Part shown: in pieces, positions 27,211 to 39,018 of the stretch
How positions within the stretch are numbered: position 1 is the stretch's first letter
Layout: each line of letters starts with the position of its first letter
DNA from: Micrococcales bacterium
Lineage (GTDB): Bacteria; Actinomycetota; Actinomycetes; S36-B12; GCA-2699445
Assembly: GCA_002699445.1 (NCBI GenBank)
Contig: PAAU01000084.1
Span: 5,324-69,323, forward strand
Direction: 5' to 3'
DNA length: 64,000 nucleotides
Notes under the pieces: generated by a model
What the model was told of the DNA's origin: nothing
The model's input: the letters and a program-made list of their open reading frames with translations, nothing else
The model's database searches: none
Made by a program: the position numbers and the translations under genes

Positions 27211-28806
27211 TCAGGCGAGAGCGACAAGGTCTGCGTAGTCGCGTCCCCAATGGTCTTCTACCCCATCGGGCAACAATAAGACCCGCTCTGGATTCAATGC
27301 CTCGACTGCACCTTCATCGTGGCTCACCAAGATTACGGCGCCTTCGTAGTCGCGCAGCGCAGCCAAGATCTCTTCTCGGCTCGCCGGGTCGAGGTTATTC
27401 GTAGGCTCGTCTAAGAGCAATACGTTTGCACCGGAGACTACTAACATTGCCAATGCTAATCGGGTCTTCTCGCCTCCCGACAAGACTCCGGCCGGTTTCT
27501 CCACATCATCACCAGAAAAGAGGAACGAGCCGAGAACATTGCGCGCCTGCTGCTCTGAGATGTCCTCCGATCCCGCCATCATGTTGGACAGCACGCTCGC
27601 GGAGGTATCCAGCTGCTCGTGTTCCTGGGCGTAGTACCCAAGCCGAAGGCCATGCCCCGGTTCGACTTGACCAGTGTCTGGATTATCTTCGCCGGCGAGA
27701 ATCCGCAGCAACGTCGTCTTACCTGCACCGTTAAGCCCCAAAATGACGACACGAGATCCACGATCTATCGCCAAATCAACGTCTGTGAATACTTCGAGAG
27801 AACCATAATTCTTGCTCAACTCCGCCGCTGAGAGCGGAACCCGTCCGCAGGCTGCCGGGCGCGGTAGACGAATCTTTGCAACTCGATCAGCTTGGCGAAC
27901 CTCAACCCCATCCAAGAGTCGATCGGCCCGCTTAAACATGCTTTGCGCCGCTCTGGCCTTTGTGGCTTTTGCTCGCATCCGCTCCGCTTGGTCCCTTAGC
28001 GCGTGCGCTTGGCGTTCATTGTTGGCCTGCTCTCGACGACGTCGTCGCTCGTCGAGTTCACGTTGCTTCAGGTATCGATCCCACCCGGTGTTGTAAAGCT
28101 CCAGAGCAGCTCGAGTAGCGTCCAAATGAAAAACTCGATTGACCGTTACAGATAGCAGCTCAACATCGTGACTGATCACCACAACCGAACCCTCAAAGGC
28201 CGCCAAGAACCCGCGCAACCAGACGACTGAGTCAGCATCAAGGTGGTTAGTGGGTTCGTCAAGAAGTAACGTCGGGGCGTCAGCAAAAAGAATTCGAGCT
28301 AACTCGACTCGGCGACGTTGACCACCGGACAGCGTATGAAGCGCCTGATCCAGCACTCGTTCAGGAAGGGCTAGGTTGCCCGCAATTGCATCGGCGCGTG
28401 AGGTTGCCGCATAGCCCCCCAGCCTGAGAAACTCCTCTTCAGCATTGCCGTACCGACGCATCGCTTTTTCTCGAGCTTCGTCATCTGCGCTGGCCATCCG
28501 CTTGGCAGCCTTATCCATCCGCTCCCGCGCCTCGTGAATACCTCGAGCGGACAGTATCCGATCTCGAGCAGATTGAGCCATATCTGGCGACCTGGGGTCC
28601 TGCGGAAGATAGCCGATGGCACCGGAGCGACGAACAGATCCAGAGGCAGGGTCGGCCTCACCTGCCAGAACCCGGGTCAGAGTCGTTTTTCCGGCACCGT
28701 TGCGACCGACAAGCCCGACTTTGTCACCAGGGCCCACCTGAAAATTGGTACCACCCAGCAGCAGCCGGGCGCCCGCGCGAAGTTCGAGTTCGTGAACAGC
28801 AATCAT
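27211..28806 (-). CDS. ABC-F family translation-associated ATPase
   Basis: Two tandem ABC domains ('GRNGAGKTTL'/'LSGGQRRRVELARIL' and 'GLNGAGKTTLL'/'LSGGEKTRLALAMLV') joined by a basic Arg/Glu-rich linker. No TM domain. Confidence 0.9.
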   Translation of the reverse strand: MIAVHELELRAGARLLLGGTNFQVGPGDKVGLVGRNGAGKTTLTRVLAGEADPASGSVRRSGAIGYLPQDPRSPDMAQSARDRILSARGIHEARERMDKAAKRMASADDEAREKAMRRYGNAEEEFLRLGGYAATSRADAIAGNLALPERVLDQALHTLSGGQRRRVELARILFADAPTLLLDEPTNHLDADSVVWLRGFLAAFEGSVVVISHDVELLSVTVNRVFHLDATRAALELYNTGWDRYLKQRELDERRRRREQANNERQAHALRDQAERMRAKATKARAAQSMFKRADRLLDGVEVRQADRVAKIRLPRPAACGRVPLSAAELSKNYGSLEVFTDVDLAIDRGSRVVILGLNGAGKTTLLRILAGEDNPDTGQVEPGHGLRLGYYAQEHEQLDTSASVLSNMMAGSEDISEQQARNVLGSFLFSGDDVEKPAGVLSGGEKTRLALAMLVVSGANVLLLDEPTNNLDPASREEILAALRDYEGAVILVSHDEGAVEALNPERVLLLPDGVEDHWGRDYADLVALA

Positions 28807-28830
28807 GAGTCTGCCCGACGTAATGCCGGA

Positions 28831-29154
28831 TCAGACATTAAAGCCCAGAGCGCGCAATTGCTCACGGCCGTCGTCGGTGATCTTGTCGAGGCCCCACGGC
28901 GGCATCCATACCCAGTTGATGACGAACTCCGACACAAGGCTGTCCAGTGCCGCACGAGTCTGATCTTCGATCACATCCGTCAGGGGGCAGGCTGCCGAGG
29001 TTAGCGTCATGTCAATGATCGCTTTGTTCTCTTCATCCACATTGGCGCCATAGATGAGCCCTAAGTCCACGACGTTGATGCCGAGTTCGGGATCCACTAC
29101 ATCGTGTAGCGCTTCCATGACGTCGTCGACGGTCGCAACTGTCTGTTCAGTCAT
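28831..29154 (-). CDS. Fe-S cluster assembly protein, DUF59/SufT-like
   Basis: 'VVDPELGINVVDLGLIY' and 'TLTSAACP'. ATG at 29154 overlaps the sufU stop (ATGA). Confidence 0.8.
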   Translation of the reverse strand: MTEQTVATVDDVMEALHDVVDPELGINVVDLGLIYGANVDEENKAIIDMTLTSAACPLTDVIEDQTRAALDSLVSEFVINWVWMPPWGLDKITDDGREQLRALGFNV

Positions 29155-29624
29155 ACTTTCTCCCTCATTGGCGACCCCTCGGGGCCTTGAATTTGCTCTA
29201 CCGCGTCCCGCAAGGCCATCCAGGCCAGGAGGGCGCATTTCACCCGAGCTGGATACTGGGCGACCCCAACGAATGCGGTAAGGTCACCGAGCTTGTCTTC
29301 GTCCGGCTCCGCTTGCCCCTTGGAATGCATTAACTCTACAAAACTGTCCAAGATTTCAAAGGCTTCAGATACCGGACGCCCCACGACCTCGTCGTAGAGG
29401 ATGGATGCGCTTGCCTGCGAAATGGAACAACCCTGATTGTCATATGACACGTCCACTACAACAGGATCGTCACCATCGTCGAGCTGAACTCTTAGGGTGA
29501 TTTCGTCACCACAAGTCGGGTTTACATGTGACACCTGTGCCCCAAAAGGGTCTCGCAGTCCTTTACCTTCAGGATTGCGGTAGTGGTCCAGGATCACCTC
29601 CTGGTACATCGTTGCCATATCCAT
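29151..29624 (-). CDS. sufU: SUF system Fe-S scaffold/sulfur acceptor SufU
   Basis: 'NPTCGDEITL' and 'QGCSISQASAS'. ATG at 29624 is preceded by GGAGG. Confidence 0.88.
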   Translation of the reverse strand: MDMATMYQEVILDHYRNPEGKGLRDPFGAQVSHVNPTCGDEITLRVQLDDGDDPVVVDVSYDNQGCSISQASASILYDEVVGRPVSEAFEILDSFVELMHSKGQAEPDEDKLGDLTAFVGVAQYPARVKCALLAWMALRDAVEQIQGPEGSPMREKV

Positions 29625-29640
29625 TACAGACCTCCGAATG

Positions 29641-31681
<2,041 letters not shown>

Positions 31682-31685
<4 letters not shown>

Positions 31686-32029
31686 GACTCCCTCTCATTC
31701 GGCGGTGACAGAGAGACTGCCACCCGCTGGTTGCCCGCTTCTTCAATTAGGGCGGTTGTATAAACGTTCACGGGTTCCCACGCTGGCGGCTCGTCCGGCT
31801 CTCCGGTACGCAGGTCAAAGCTAGAGCCGTGCAACCAGCAGGAGATTTTTCCCGTTGGTTCCACCGTCCCCTCACTTAAGGGAATTTCAGCGTGCGAACA
31901 TTTGTCGGCGACCGCATGAATCTCGTCTCCGACTCTGACCACCACAACCGGTTCACCGTCTACGACCGTGGCTCTTGGCTGGAGATCCTTTAAGTCCGCA
32001 ACATCGCAGACTGGTACGTACCCACTCAT
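31682..32029 (-). CDS. Rieske [2Fe-2S] ferredoxin-type protein embedded in the suf operon
   Basis: 'CSHAEIPL' ... 'CWLHGSSF' (CxH...CxxH). 115 aa. ATGA overlaps at both ends. Confidence 0.85.
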
Positions 32030-33153
32030 GAGGACGCTCCGATGGATGCCAACTCCTTGTCAACAGCGGCCAACAGCGGTGCTTCTACTTCAGCTACACC
32101 AATTCGCCTGACAATGTCCGCAAAGAAACCCCGCACAACCAGGCGCCGTGCTTCGTCAGCGGAGATACCACGTGACTGGAGGTAGAAGAGTTGTTCGTCA
32201 TCAAACCGTCCCGTCGCGGCGGCGTGACCTGCCCCGACGACCTCTCCAGTCTCGATCTCCAAGTTTGGGACCGAGTCTGCTCTTGCCCCGTCGGTAAGGA
32301 CCAGGTTTCGGTTGGTTTCATAAGTGCTCGTACCCGTAGCTGCCGCTCGGATCAGCACATCACCGACCCAAACGCTATGGGCTTTGTCACCTGCCAACGC
32401 ACCCTTGTAGACCACCTCGCTGCTGCAATCAGGCACTGAGTGATCGACAAAAAGTCGATGCTCTTGGTGGGAGCCACCCGCAGTGAAAAATGCACCCAGC
32501 AGTTCAACCGATCCGCCTGGAGCGTTATAGGTCACGTTGGTCGCCAACCGGACTAGATCGCCGCCTAGCGTCACCGCGACGCAACGTAGTGACGCGTCCC
32601 GGCCCAACTCCGCCTGAACGTTTCCGACTAGAACGCCGTCCTCATCCATCTGCTGTAAGACGGCCACCGTCGCGCGAGCGCCATCGGCCACCCGGATGGT
32701 GATGCCGCCGGCGTACGCGCCCGCGCCGCGGTGCTCCACAACAGTGGTCGAACTTGAATGCGAGCCACAATCAATGACGACCTGTCCGAAACTGTGCGGT
32801 TCTCCCTCGGCGTGGATTGAGGCCATGATCGGCTCAGCTACCTGCTCATTGGGAGCGACCGAGATCACAGCCGCTTTGTCAAAGTTCGCCCAAGCCTGGG
32901 CTGCCACTCGATCGGTGGGAGCAGCAGCCATTGCTAGCAGGGGGTCATCCCGGCCAACGACCGCAATATGAGCATCGGCCGCCTCGCCAACGACGTACCT
33001 GACACCACCTGTCGCATCGCTTTGCTGATGAAGGCCGCGCATACGCCGCATAGGCGTGAATCGCCACAACTCTTCTCGCCCTGACGGGACGACGAAGTCC
33101 GCCGGGTCGTACGAGGCGCGCTTCGGGCTTAGATCTACGGAAGGAGCGGTCAT
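32026..33153 (-). CDS. sufD: Fe-S cluster assembly protein SufD
   Basis: SufD/SufB-fold C-terminus '...[24 protein letters not shown]'. Position between sufB and sufC. Confidence 0.88.
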   Translation of the reverse strand: MTAPSVDLSPKRASYDPADFVVPSGREELWRFTPMRRMRGLHQQSDATGGVRYVVGEAADAHIAVVGRDDPLLAMAAAPTDRVAAQAWANFDKAAVISVAPNEQVAEPIMASIHAEGEPHSFGQVVIDCGSHSSSTTVVEHRGAGAYAGGITIRVADGARATVAVLQQMDEDGVLVGNVQAELGRDASLRCVAVTLGGDLVRLATNVTYNAPGGSVELLGAFFTAGGSHQEHRLFVDHSVPDCSSEVVYKGALAGDKAHSVWVGDVLIRAAATGTSTYETNRNLVLTDGARADSVPNLEIETGEVVGAGHAAATGRFDDEQLFYLQSRGISADEARRLVVRGFFADIVRRIGVAEVEAPLLAAVDKELASIGASS

Positions 33154-34559
33154 CCGACGGCCCCTTCCATTTGCAGCTCGATTAGCCGATTCAGTTCCAA
33201 TGCATATTCCATGGGCAGTTCTCTCGCGATCGGCTCGATGAAACCACGCACGATCATTGCCATCGCTTCATCTTCAGGGATGCCGCGTGATTGCAAGTAG
33301 AACAACTGGTCTTCACTCACCTTGCTCACTGTGGCTTCGTGCCCCATAGACACGTCATCAGTGCGGATGTCGTTGTAGGGATAGGTATCGGAGCGACTCT
33401 CGTCGTCCACAAGCAAGGCGTCGCAACGCACAGTGCTTGCCGACCCCGTGGCCTGTCCCTGTACCTGAACGAGTCCGCGGTAAGAAGACCGACCGCCACC
33501 ACGTGCGACTGACTTGCTGATAACTGACGAGGAGGTATTCGGTGCCGCGTGCACCATCTTGGCCCCTGCATCCTGATGCTGATCCGGGCCCGCGAAGGCG
33601 ACCGACAGGGTCTCACCCTTTGCATGCTCGCCCATTAGCCAGACCGCTGGGTACTTCATGGTGACCTTGGATCCAAGGTTGCCGTCAACCCACTCCATAG
33701 TTGCACCCTTATGGGCGGTGGCTCGTTTCGTCACCAAGTTATAGACGTTGGTCGACCAGTTTTGAATGGTCGTGTACCGGCAGCGAGCTCCATCACGAAC
33801 GATGATCTCCACTACCGCGGAGTGCAGCGAGTCGGTGCTGTAGATCGGAGCAGTACATCCCTCGACGTAGTGCACGTAGGCTCCCTCGTCGACCAAGATC
33901 AGGGTGCGTTCGAACTGACCCATGTTCTCAGTGTTGATGCGGAAGTACGCCTGCAACGGAATCTCAACCTGCACATTTTTCGGTACATAGATGAACGAGC
34001 CGCCAGACCAAACCGCAGTATTTAGCGCTGCGAACTTGTTGTCTCCGGCGGGGATGACCGACCCGAAGTATTCCTTGAATAAGTCTTCGTGTTCCTTCAA
34101 ACCAGTGTCAGTGTCAAGGAAGAGAACGCCTTGCTCTTCGAGGTCTTCGCGAATCTTGTGGTAGACCACTTCGCTCTCGTATTGGGCCGCTACACCGGCA
34201 ACCAGACGTTGCTTTTCGGCCTCAGGGATACCGAGCTTGTCGTAGGTGTTCTTGATGTCATCGGGCAGATCTTCCCAAGACGCTGCCTGCTTCTCGGTTG
34301 ATCGCACAAAGTACTTGATGTTGTCGAAGTCGATACCGGAGAGGTCAGCTCCCCAGGTCGGCATCGGCTGCTTTTCAAAGAGACGAAGGCCCTTCAAGCG
34401 CATTTGCAACATCCAATCGGGCTCGTTCTTTTTTGCGCTGATGTCTCGAACAACGTCTTCATTCAGGCCACGACGAGCGGTAGAACCCGCATCGTCGCTG
34501 TCACTCCACCCGAAGTCGTAGTTTCCTAGGCCTTCGAGCTGGTCGGTAGGGTTAGTCAT
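33150..34559 (-). CDS. sufB: Fe-S cluster assembly protein SufB
   Basis: 469 aa, highly conserved body ending '...[24 protein letters not shown]'. Confidence 0.95.
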   Translation of the reverse strand: MTNPTDQLEGLGNYDFGWSDSDDAGSTARRGLNEDVVRDISAKKNEPDWMLQMRLKGLRLFEKQPMPTWGADLSGIDFDNIKYFVRSTEKQAASWEDLPDDIKNTYDKLGIPEAEKQRLVAGVAAQYESEVVYHKIREDLEEQGVLFLDTDTGLKEHEDLFKEYFGSVIPAGDNKFAALNTAVWSGGSFIYVPKNVQVEIPLQAYFRINTENMGQFERTLILVDEGAYVHYVEGCTAPIYSTDSLHSAVVEIIVRDGARCRYTTIQNWSTNVYNLVTKRATAHKGATMEWVDGNLGSKVTMKYPAVWLMGEHAKGETLSVAFAGPDQHQDAGAKMVHAAPNTSSSVISKSVARGGGRSSYRGLVQVQGQATGSASTVRCDALLVDDESRSDTYPYNDIRTDDVSMGHEATVSKVSEDQLFYLQSRGIPEDEAMAMIVRGFIEPIARELPMEYALELNRLIELQMEGAVG

Positions 34560-35257
34560 GACGAGATCCTCTCTACAGGTTTTCTGGAACTAAGTTCTGT
34601 GGCACTCACTACAGCTGTGCAGATACCGTCGCCGTGGGCGATGGTGGCGAGCCGGGTGACGTTGGCTCCCAAGAGCCGGGAAAAGACTGTCGCCTCCGCC
34701 TCGCATAGTTGGGGAAACTCCGCCGCCACGTGGGCGACAGGACAATTGTGTTGGCAGATCTGCAGTGTTCCCAGACCCGCCACGGGAAGTTGGGTTTCCG
34801 TTACCGAAGCAGCATATCCGTCTTCCGCGAGGGCATCAGCCAGCGCCTGCACCCGGGTGGGCATATTCGACTTCTCATCGAGCAGCGGCAGGTATCTGCG
34901 CTCCATCTCCTCAGCCCTACGATCCGCAAACGTAGTGACTGCCTCATCGCCACCGCTCTCGCGCAGAAATCGCAACAAGGAAACCGCTAAATCATCGTAA
35001 CTTTGCTCAAAAAGGTCTCGTCCGTTCTCCGAGATGGAGTAAATCCGCGGTGGGCGCCCCCGCCCACGGGTGGGGGCGGGCCCAAATGCTGGTCGCTCTC
35101 CCGATTCCACGATCCCGTCGGCTGTCAAGGTATCCAGATGACGTCGAATCCCCGCCGCGGTCATCTCCAACCGATCAGCCAGCTCCGGCGCTGTGGCCGG
35201 GCCGTCTTCGAGCAGTGACCGAATCACTCGGCGGCCTGCCTCTGTTGGGGTTTTCAC
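34556..35257 (-). CDS. sufR: SufR-type transcriptional regulator (ArsR-like wHTH plus Cys-rich C-domain)
   Basis: wHTH '[24 protein letters not shown]' and C-terminal cysteines '[22 protein letters not shown]'. First gene of the suf operon. GTG at 35257 is preferred because the ATG at 35380 adds 41 atypical residues and overlaps the divergent gene. Confidence 0.75.
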   Translation of the reverse strand: MKTPTEAGRRVIRSLLEDGPATAPELADRLEMTAAGIRRHLDTLTADGIVESGERPAFGPAPTRGRGRPPRIYSISENGRDLFEQSYDDLAVSLLRFLRESGGDEAVTTFADRRAEEMERRYLPLLDEKSNMPTRVQALADALAEDGYAASVTETQLPVAGLGTLQICQHNCPVAHVAAEFPQLCEAEATVFSRLLGANVTRLATIAHGDGICTAVVSATELSSRKPVERISS

Positions 35258-35293
35258 AACACTATTGTTGCGTAAATATACGGCTGCGCAACA
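35257..35293. promoter_or_regulatory. candidate SufR operator / suf promoter region
   Basis: Perfect palindrome CAACactattGTTG (35257-35270) abuts the proposed sufR start. It overlaps a second inverted repeat, tGTTGCG-N14-CGCAACa (35266-35293). On the minus strand, TATATT lies just upstream. Confidence 0.4.
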
Positions 35294-35358
35294 GGCCCCC
35301 CTGAGATCCTTGCCACAGCGCACATGCCGCCTGCCGAGAGGGTTCGTACACTGAGGGG

Positions 35359-36297
35359 GTGAATAACGGTGCAGCTGCAATCCTCTTGGAGGATGTCGGC
35401 AAGGCTTTTGGCGACAAAATTGCCCTCAAAGAGCTCAATTTGGCTGCACCTGCTGGTCGAATAACGGGCTTGCTGGGACCTAATGGAGCGGGGAAAACCA
35501 CGGCATTAGAGATCTGTGCTGGGTTGCGTCCTGCATCTTCTGGTCACGTAAGGGTCCTAGGAACTAACCCATGGCAGGCGGGGGCTGGCCATCGGGCCCA
35601 GGTAGGCGTGATGCTGCAGTCAGGTGGAATTTGGTCTGGGGCATCAGCGGAACAGGCGGTTACGCAAGTAGCACGGCTGCATCGCAACCCCATCGACCCT
35701 CAGCACCTACTCGGCAAGGTGCACCTCGATCATGTCGGCCGAACCCCCTATCGGCGTCTCAGCGGCGGTGAACAGCAGCGAGTTAAGTTAGCGTGCGCCA
35801 TCGTCGGGCGCCCCCGGTTAGCAATTCTCGATGAGCCCAGTTCCGGGCTCGACCCAGGCACCCGCCGAGATATTTGGCAGCTCATTCGCGGCCTTCGCGA
35901 GGCCGGCACCACGGTTGTTCTTTCTACCCACGCGTTGGAGGAAGCAGAAGAGTTGTCTGACTGGATTGTGATTATGGACAACGGTCGCTGTGTCGCCAGC
36001 GGTACTACCCGTGATCTCACCTCTGACCCAGACAGCCAAACGCTGCGCTTTCGAGCCTCGGCTCATCTGAACCGCGCCGCCCTGCTGCGAGCCCTGCCCA
36101 CCGGTTTTGAACTATCTGAAGACACCCCGGGGCAGTATCGTCTCTCCGGCTCTGAAATCTCGCCGACAATCATCGCATCGGTAACCGCATGGTGTGCGGA
36201 GCATGGGGTTCTTGCCGCAGAGATGACGGTATCTCGACGGAACTTGGAACAGGTCTTCCTCGAGGTCACTGCCCAGACTCAACAGGCGACATCATGA
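35359..36297 (+). CDS. ABC-2 type exporter ATP-binding protein (DrrA-like)
   Basis: 'GPNGAGKTTALE', 'LSGGEQQRVKLACAIV' and 'LAILDEPSSGLD'. GTG start. Confidence 0.88.
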   Translation: MNNGAAAILLEDVGKAFGDKIALKELNLAAPAGRITGLLGPNGAGKTTALEICAGLRPASSGHVRVLGTNPWQAGAGHRAQVGVMLQSGGIWSGASAEQAVTQVARLHRNPIDPQHLLGKVHLDHVGRTPYRRLSGGEQQRVKLACAIVGRPRLAILDEPSSGLDPGTRRDIWQLIRGLREAGTTVVLSTHALEEAEELSDWIVIMDNGRCVASGTTRDLTSDPDSQTLRFRASAHLNRAALLRALPTGFELSEDTPGQYRLSGSEISPTIIASVTAWCAEHGVLAAEMTVSRRNLEQVFLEVTAQTQQATS

Positions 36298-37067
36298 GAG
36301 CTTCCACTCAAGGGCCTGCGAGCCCCGCGACCATCGTCAGGTCCCAGGCGGGTTTGGAATGGCGATTGATGATGGCTAATGGGGAACAGATTCTGCTGAC
36401 CCTCATCATTCCGGTAGTACTGCTAGTCGGGCTTTCGCTGACCGAATTTGTTTCACTGGATGCTGATTCACGAATTGGACGCCTAGAAATTTTGGTACCC
36501 GGCGTAGTAGCACTAGCCGTTATGTCCAGCGCATTCACCGCTTTGGCTATTTCAACCGGCTTTGACCGGCGGTCGGAAGCTATAAAGTTTCTCGGCACGA
36601 CGCCGTTGTCGCGGACCGGACTGTTGATGGCAAAGACCATCGCAGTTCTGGGCGTCTTGGTAGTTCAGCTGTCGGTCATTTTCGCCACAGCGTTGCTGCT
36701 GGGATGGCGCGCAGATGGCACGGTGCTACTTGCCGTCCCACTTATCGTGTTGGGCACATTGGCATTCGCGGCACTTGGTCTCGCGTTGGCGGGCGTACTG
36801 CGAGCAGAAGCAACCCTCGCAGCCGCTAACGCTGTTTATGTCTTGCTGCTCCTGGGCGGCGGGGTCATCGTGCCTAGCAGCGATTTCCCTGAACCCTGGA
36901 GTGGACTGGTTAGTGCATTGCCTTCGGCGGCCCTAGCAGACGGGCTACGACAAACTATGTCTGCGATGCCATCCCCGGCGACCCTTCTTGGCTGCAGTGC
37001 GATTCTCCTGTTCTGGGCTGTTGTAGGTGGCCTGGTAGTTCGGAAGTGGTTCAAGTGGACCTCTTGA
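36294..37067 (+). CDS. ABC-2 type exporter permease
   Basis: Six hydrophobic segments. ATG at 36294 overlaps the ATPase stop (ATGA). The ORF-track start at 36189 lies inside the ATPase gene. Confidence 0.8.
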   Translation: MRASTQGPASPATIVRSQAGLEWRLMMANGEQILLTLIIPVVLLVGLSLTEFVSLDADSRIGRLEILVPGVVALAVMSSAFTALAISTGFDRRSEAIKFLGTTPLSRTGLLMAKTIAVLGVLVVQLSVIFATALLLGWRADGTVLLAVPLIVLGTLAFAALGLALAGVLRAEATLAAANAVYVLLLLGGGVIVPSSDFPEPWSGLVSALPSAALADGLRQTMSAMPSPATLLGCSAILLFWAVVGGLVVRKWFKWTS

Positions 37068-37075
37068 AAGATCAG

Positions 37076-37879
37076 ATGTTGCCCAATGCGCGCGATCTGG
37101 GCGGGTTCACCGCGGGTACGGAGTCGACAGTGACCTACGGGAAAATCTTTCGTTCATCGGCGCCAGTGGTCCCGGCACACGCCAACGCCATCGAACTCGC
37201 CGGTGTGAAGACCGTCATGGACCTCCGGACTGATGCCGAGCGAACTGGCCGACCCCTGGTGGTCCCGGCTTCCGCGACAGTGACGCATCTGGACATCCTG
37301 GCCGACGAACCAGATAACGCCCCCGTTTCACTGGGTCGACTCGCAGCGGGAAAACCGCCGATCGCACCCGACGATATGAGTCCCACGATTATGCGCGAAA
37401 CCATGGCTGCCGGATATCGAACCTTCGTCCTCTTGCCTGGCGCTCAACAGCGCTACGGGGAACTGCTGCGTGGGCTGTTGGAGGCTGACTCCACACCGGT
37501 ACTCGTCCACTGCACCGCAGGTAAGGACCGCACCGGATGGGCGGTTGCGCTCATCTTATTGACCCTGGGCGTGCACTATGACGATGTGATGACCGACTAT
37601 CTCGATAGCGCATCGCAAATGTCAGAGATATTTGCGACCGCTCGCGCCAAAGTTTTGGAGCACGGTGGCGATCTCGATACCCTCGAGATGGCTCTTACAG
37701 TCCTACCGGAATATCTCGATACCGCTCACGACACAATGCTTTCGGAGTATGGCACCCTGGACAGCTACTTGGTGCAAGGACTGGGGCTGGATCGAGACTA
37801 TCGAGAGCAGCTGCAAGAACGAATGCTCAGACCCGCCACGTTCGATAACCCAGGCCAGCCGCGAAAGGTGGCGCCGTGA
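37076..37879 (+). CDS. protein-tyrosine phosphatase-like protein (CX5R)
   Basis: Active-site loop 'VHCTAGKDRTGW' and N-terminal 'NARDLGG'. ATG at 37076 follows the permease stop, with GTG at 37046 as the alternative. Confidence 0.8.
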   Translation: MLPNARDLGGFTAGTESTVTYGKIFRSSAPVVPAHANAIELAGVKTVMDLRTDAERTGRPLVVPASATVTHLDILADEPDNAPVSLGRLAAGKPPIAPDDMSPTIMRETMAAGYRTFVLLPGAQQRYGELLRGLLEADSTPVLVHCTAGKDRTGWAVALILLTLGVHYDDVMTDYLDSASQMSEIFATARAKVLEHGGDLDTLEMALTVLPEYLDTAHDTMLSEYGTLDSYLVQGLGLDRDYREQLQERMLRPATFDNPGQPRKVAP

Positions 37880-38883
37880 CTGTTCTACCCCCCCTGGATG
37901 CCCCGGCAACGAGCACGATCGCACCTCGCTGGCTCCTCAATATTTTCCGTGCCAACTTGGTCGCACAAATCGGAATCGTGCTGACTGGCGGGATGGTTCG
38001 GCTCACTGGTTCTGGTCTGGGTTGCCCCACCTGGCCGGAGTGCGTTGATGGATCTCTGCTCCCCACAGCGCGACAGGAAGAGTCTTGGCACAAACTGATC
38101 GAGTTTGGAAATCGGACGCTTACGTTTCTTTTGGCGATCTTGGCGATCGCGGCCATCATCGGCGCCCTGGTGTGGAATAGGAGAAACAAGCGCGCGGGGT
38201 CTGACAGTCGACGATCAATCGTTCTGCTCGCGGCAGTCCCTCTCATCGGTACCGCGGTTCAGGCCGTTCTCGGAGGCATAACCGTGTTGACCGGTCTGCA
38301 TCCAGCAGTCGTAGCCGGTCACTTCCTGGTCTCCATCGGCATCATCGCTGGCGTGACTGTTTTGGTTGACCGAGCTCATGACCCCGGCGACCAACCCGTG
38401 GTCCCGTTGGTTCATGGCATTGTCCGTGGGCTTGCAAGCGGCCTCATCGCGCTCGCATTTGTGATCATCACGTTAGGGACCGTAGTAACGGGGAGTGGAC
38501 CCAACTCAGGTGATGCGGACGTCAGTACCCGCTTTGGTATTGATCAACGCATGGCCGCTTGGATGCACGCCGATACGGTTTTCCTGTTCGTCGGATTGCT
38601 GATTGGGCTTTTGATTGCTTTGCATCTGGTTGATGCCCCCAAAGCGGCACTGAGACGCGCTTGGATTCTGGCTGTTCTGACGGTTGCCAATGGCTCGCTG
38701 GGATATTTACAGCTCGCTACCGGACTTCCCTGGCTCGTGGTCGGGATGCACATGCTGCTGGCTTGTCTCGTATGGGTGACCGTCATTCGCCTTCGCTTAG
38801 CTATGCGGAGCCGTGGCATCAACACAAACGACAACGACCAAGCAACAGCCGCATCGGTCCAGGCCGCTGAAAGCCTGAACTAA
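37876..38883 (+). CDS. ctaA: heme A synthase (COX15/CtaA)
   Basis: Eight-TM protein with 'GSGLGCPTWPEC' and conserved His in TM helices. GTG overlaps the phosphatase stop (GTGA). Confidence 0.85.
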   Translation: MTVLPPLDAPATSTIAPRWLLNIFRANLVAQIGIVLTGGMVRLTGSGLGCPTWPECVDGSLLPTARQEESWHKLIEFGNRTLTFLLAILAIAAIIGALVWNRRNKRAGSDSRRSIVLLAAVPLIGTAVQAVLGGITVLTGLHPAVVAGHFLVSIGIIAGVTVLVDRAHDPGDQPVVPLVHGIVRGLASGLIALAFVIITLGTVVTGSGPNSGDADVSTRFGIDQRMAAWMHADTVFLFVGLLIGLLIALHLVDAPKAALRRAWILAVLTVANGSLGYLQLATGLPWLVVGMHMLLACLVWVTVIRLRLAMRSRGINTNDNDQATAASVQAAESLN

Positions 38884-39018
38884 TCCACTACGTAAAACCA
38901 TCTAGTGCGCCCCGATTCCTGCCCGCTCTGGGGCAACCGCACGAATAGAAGGTGGTGCTTCGGTGACTATTAAGACTAGGGCCGATAGGGCAAAGACCCG
39001 ATCGCAAGCCGGTGCTAC

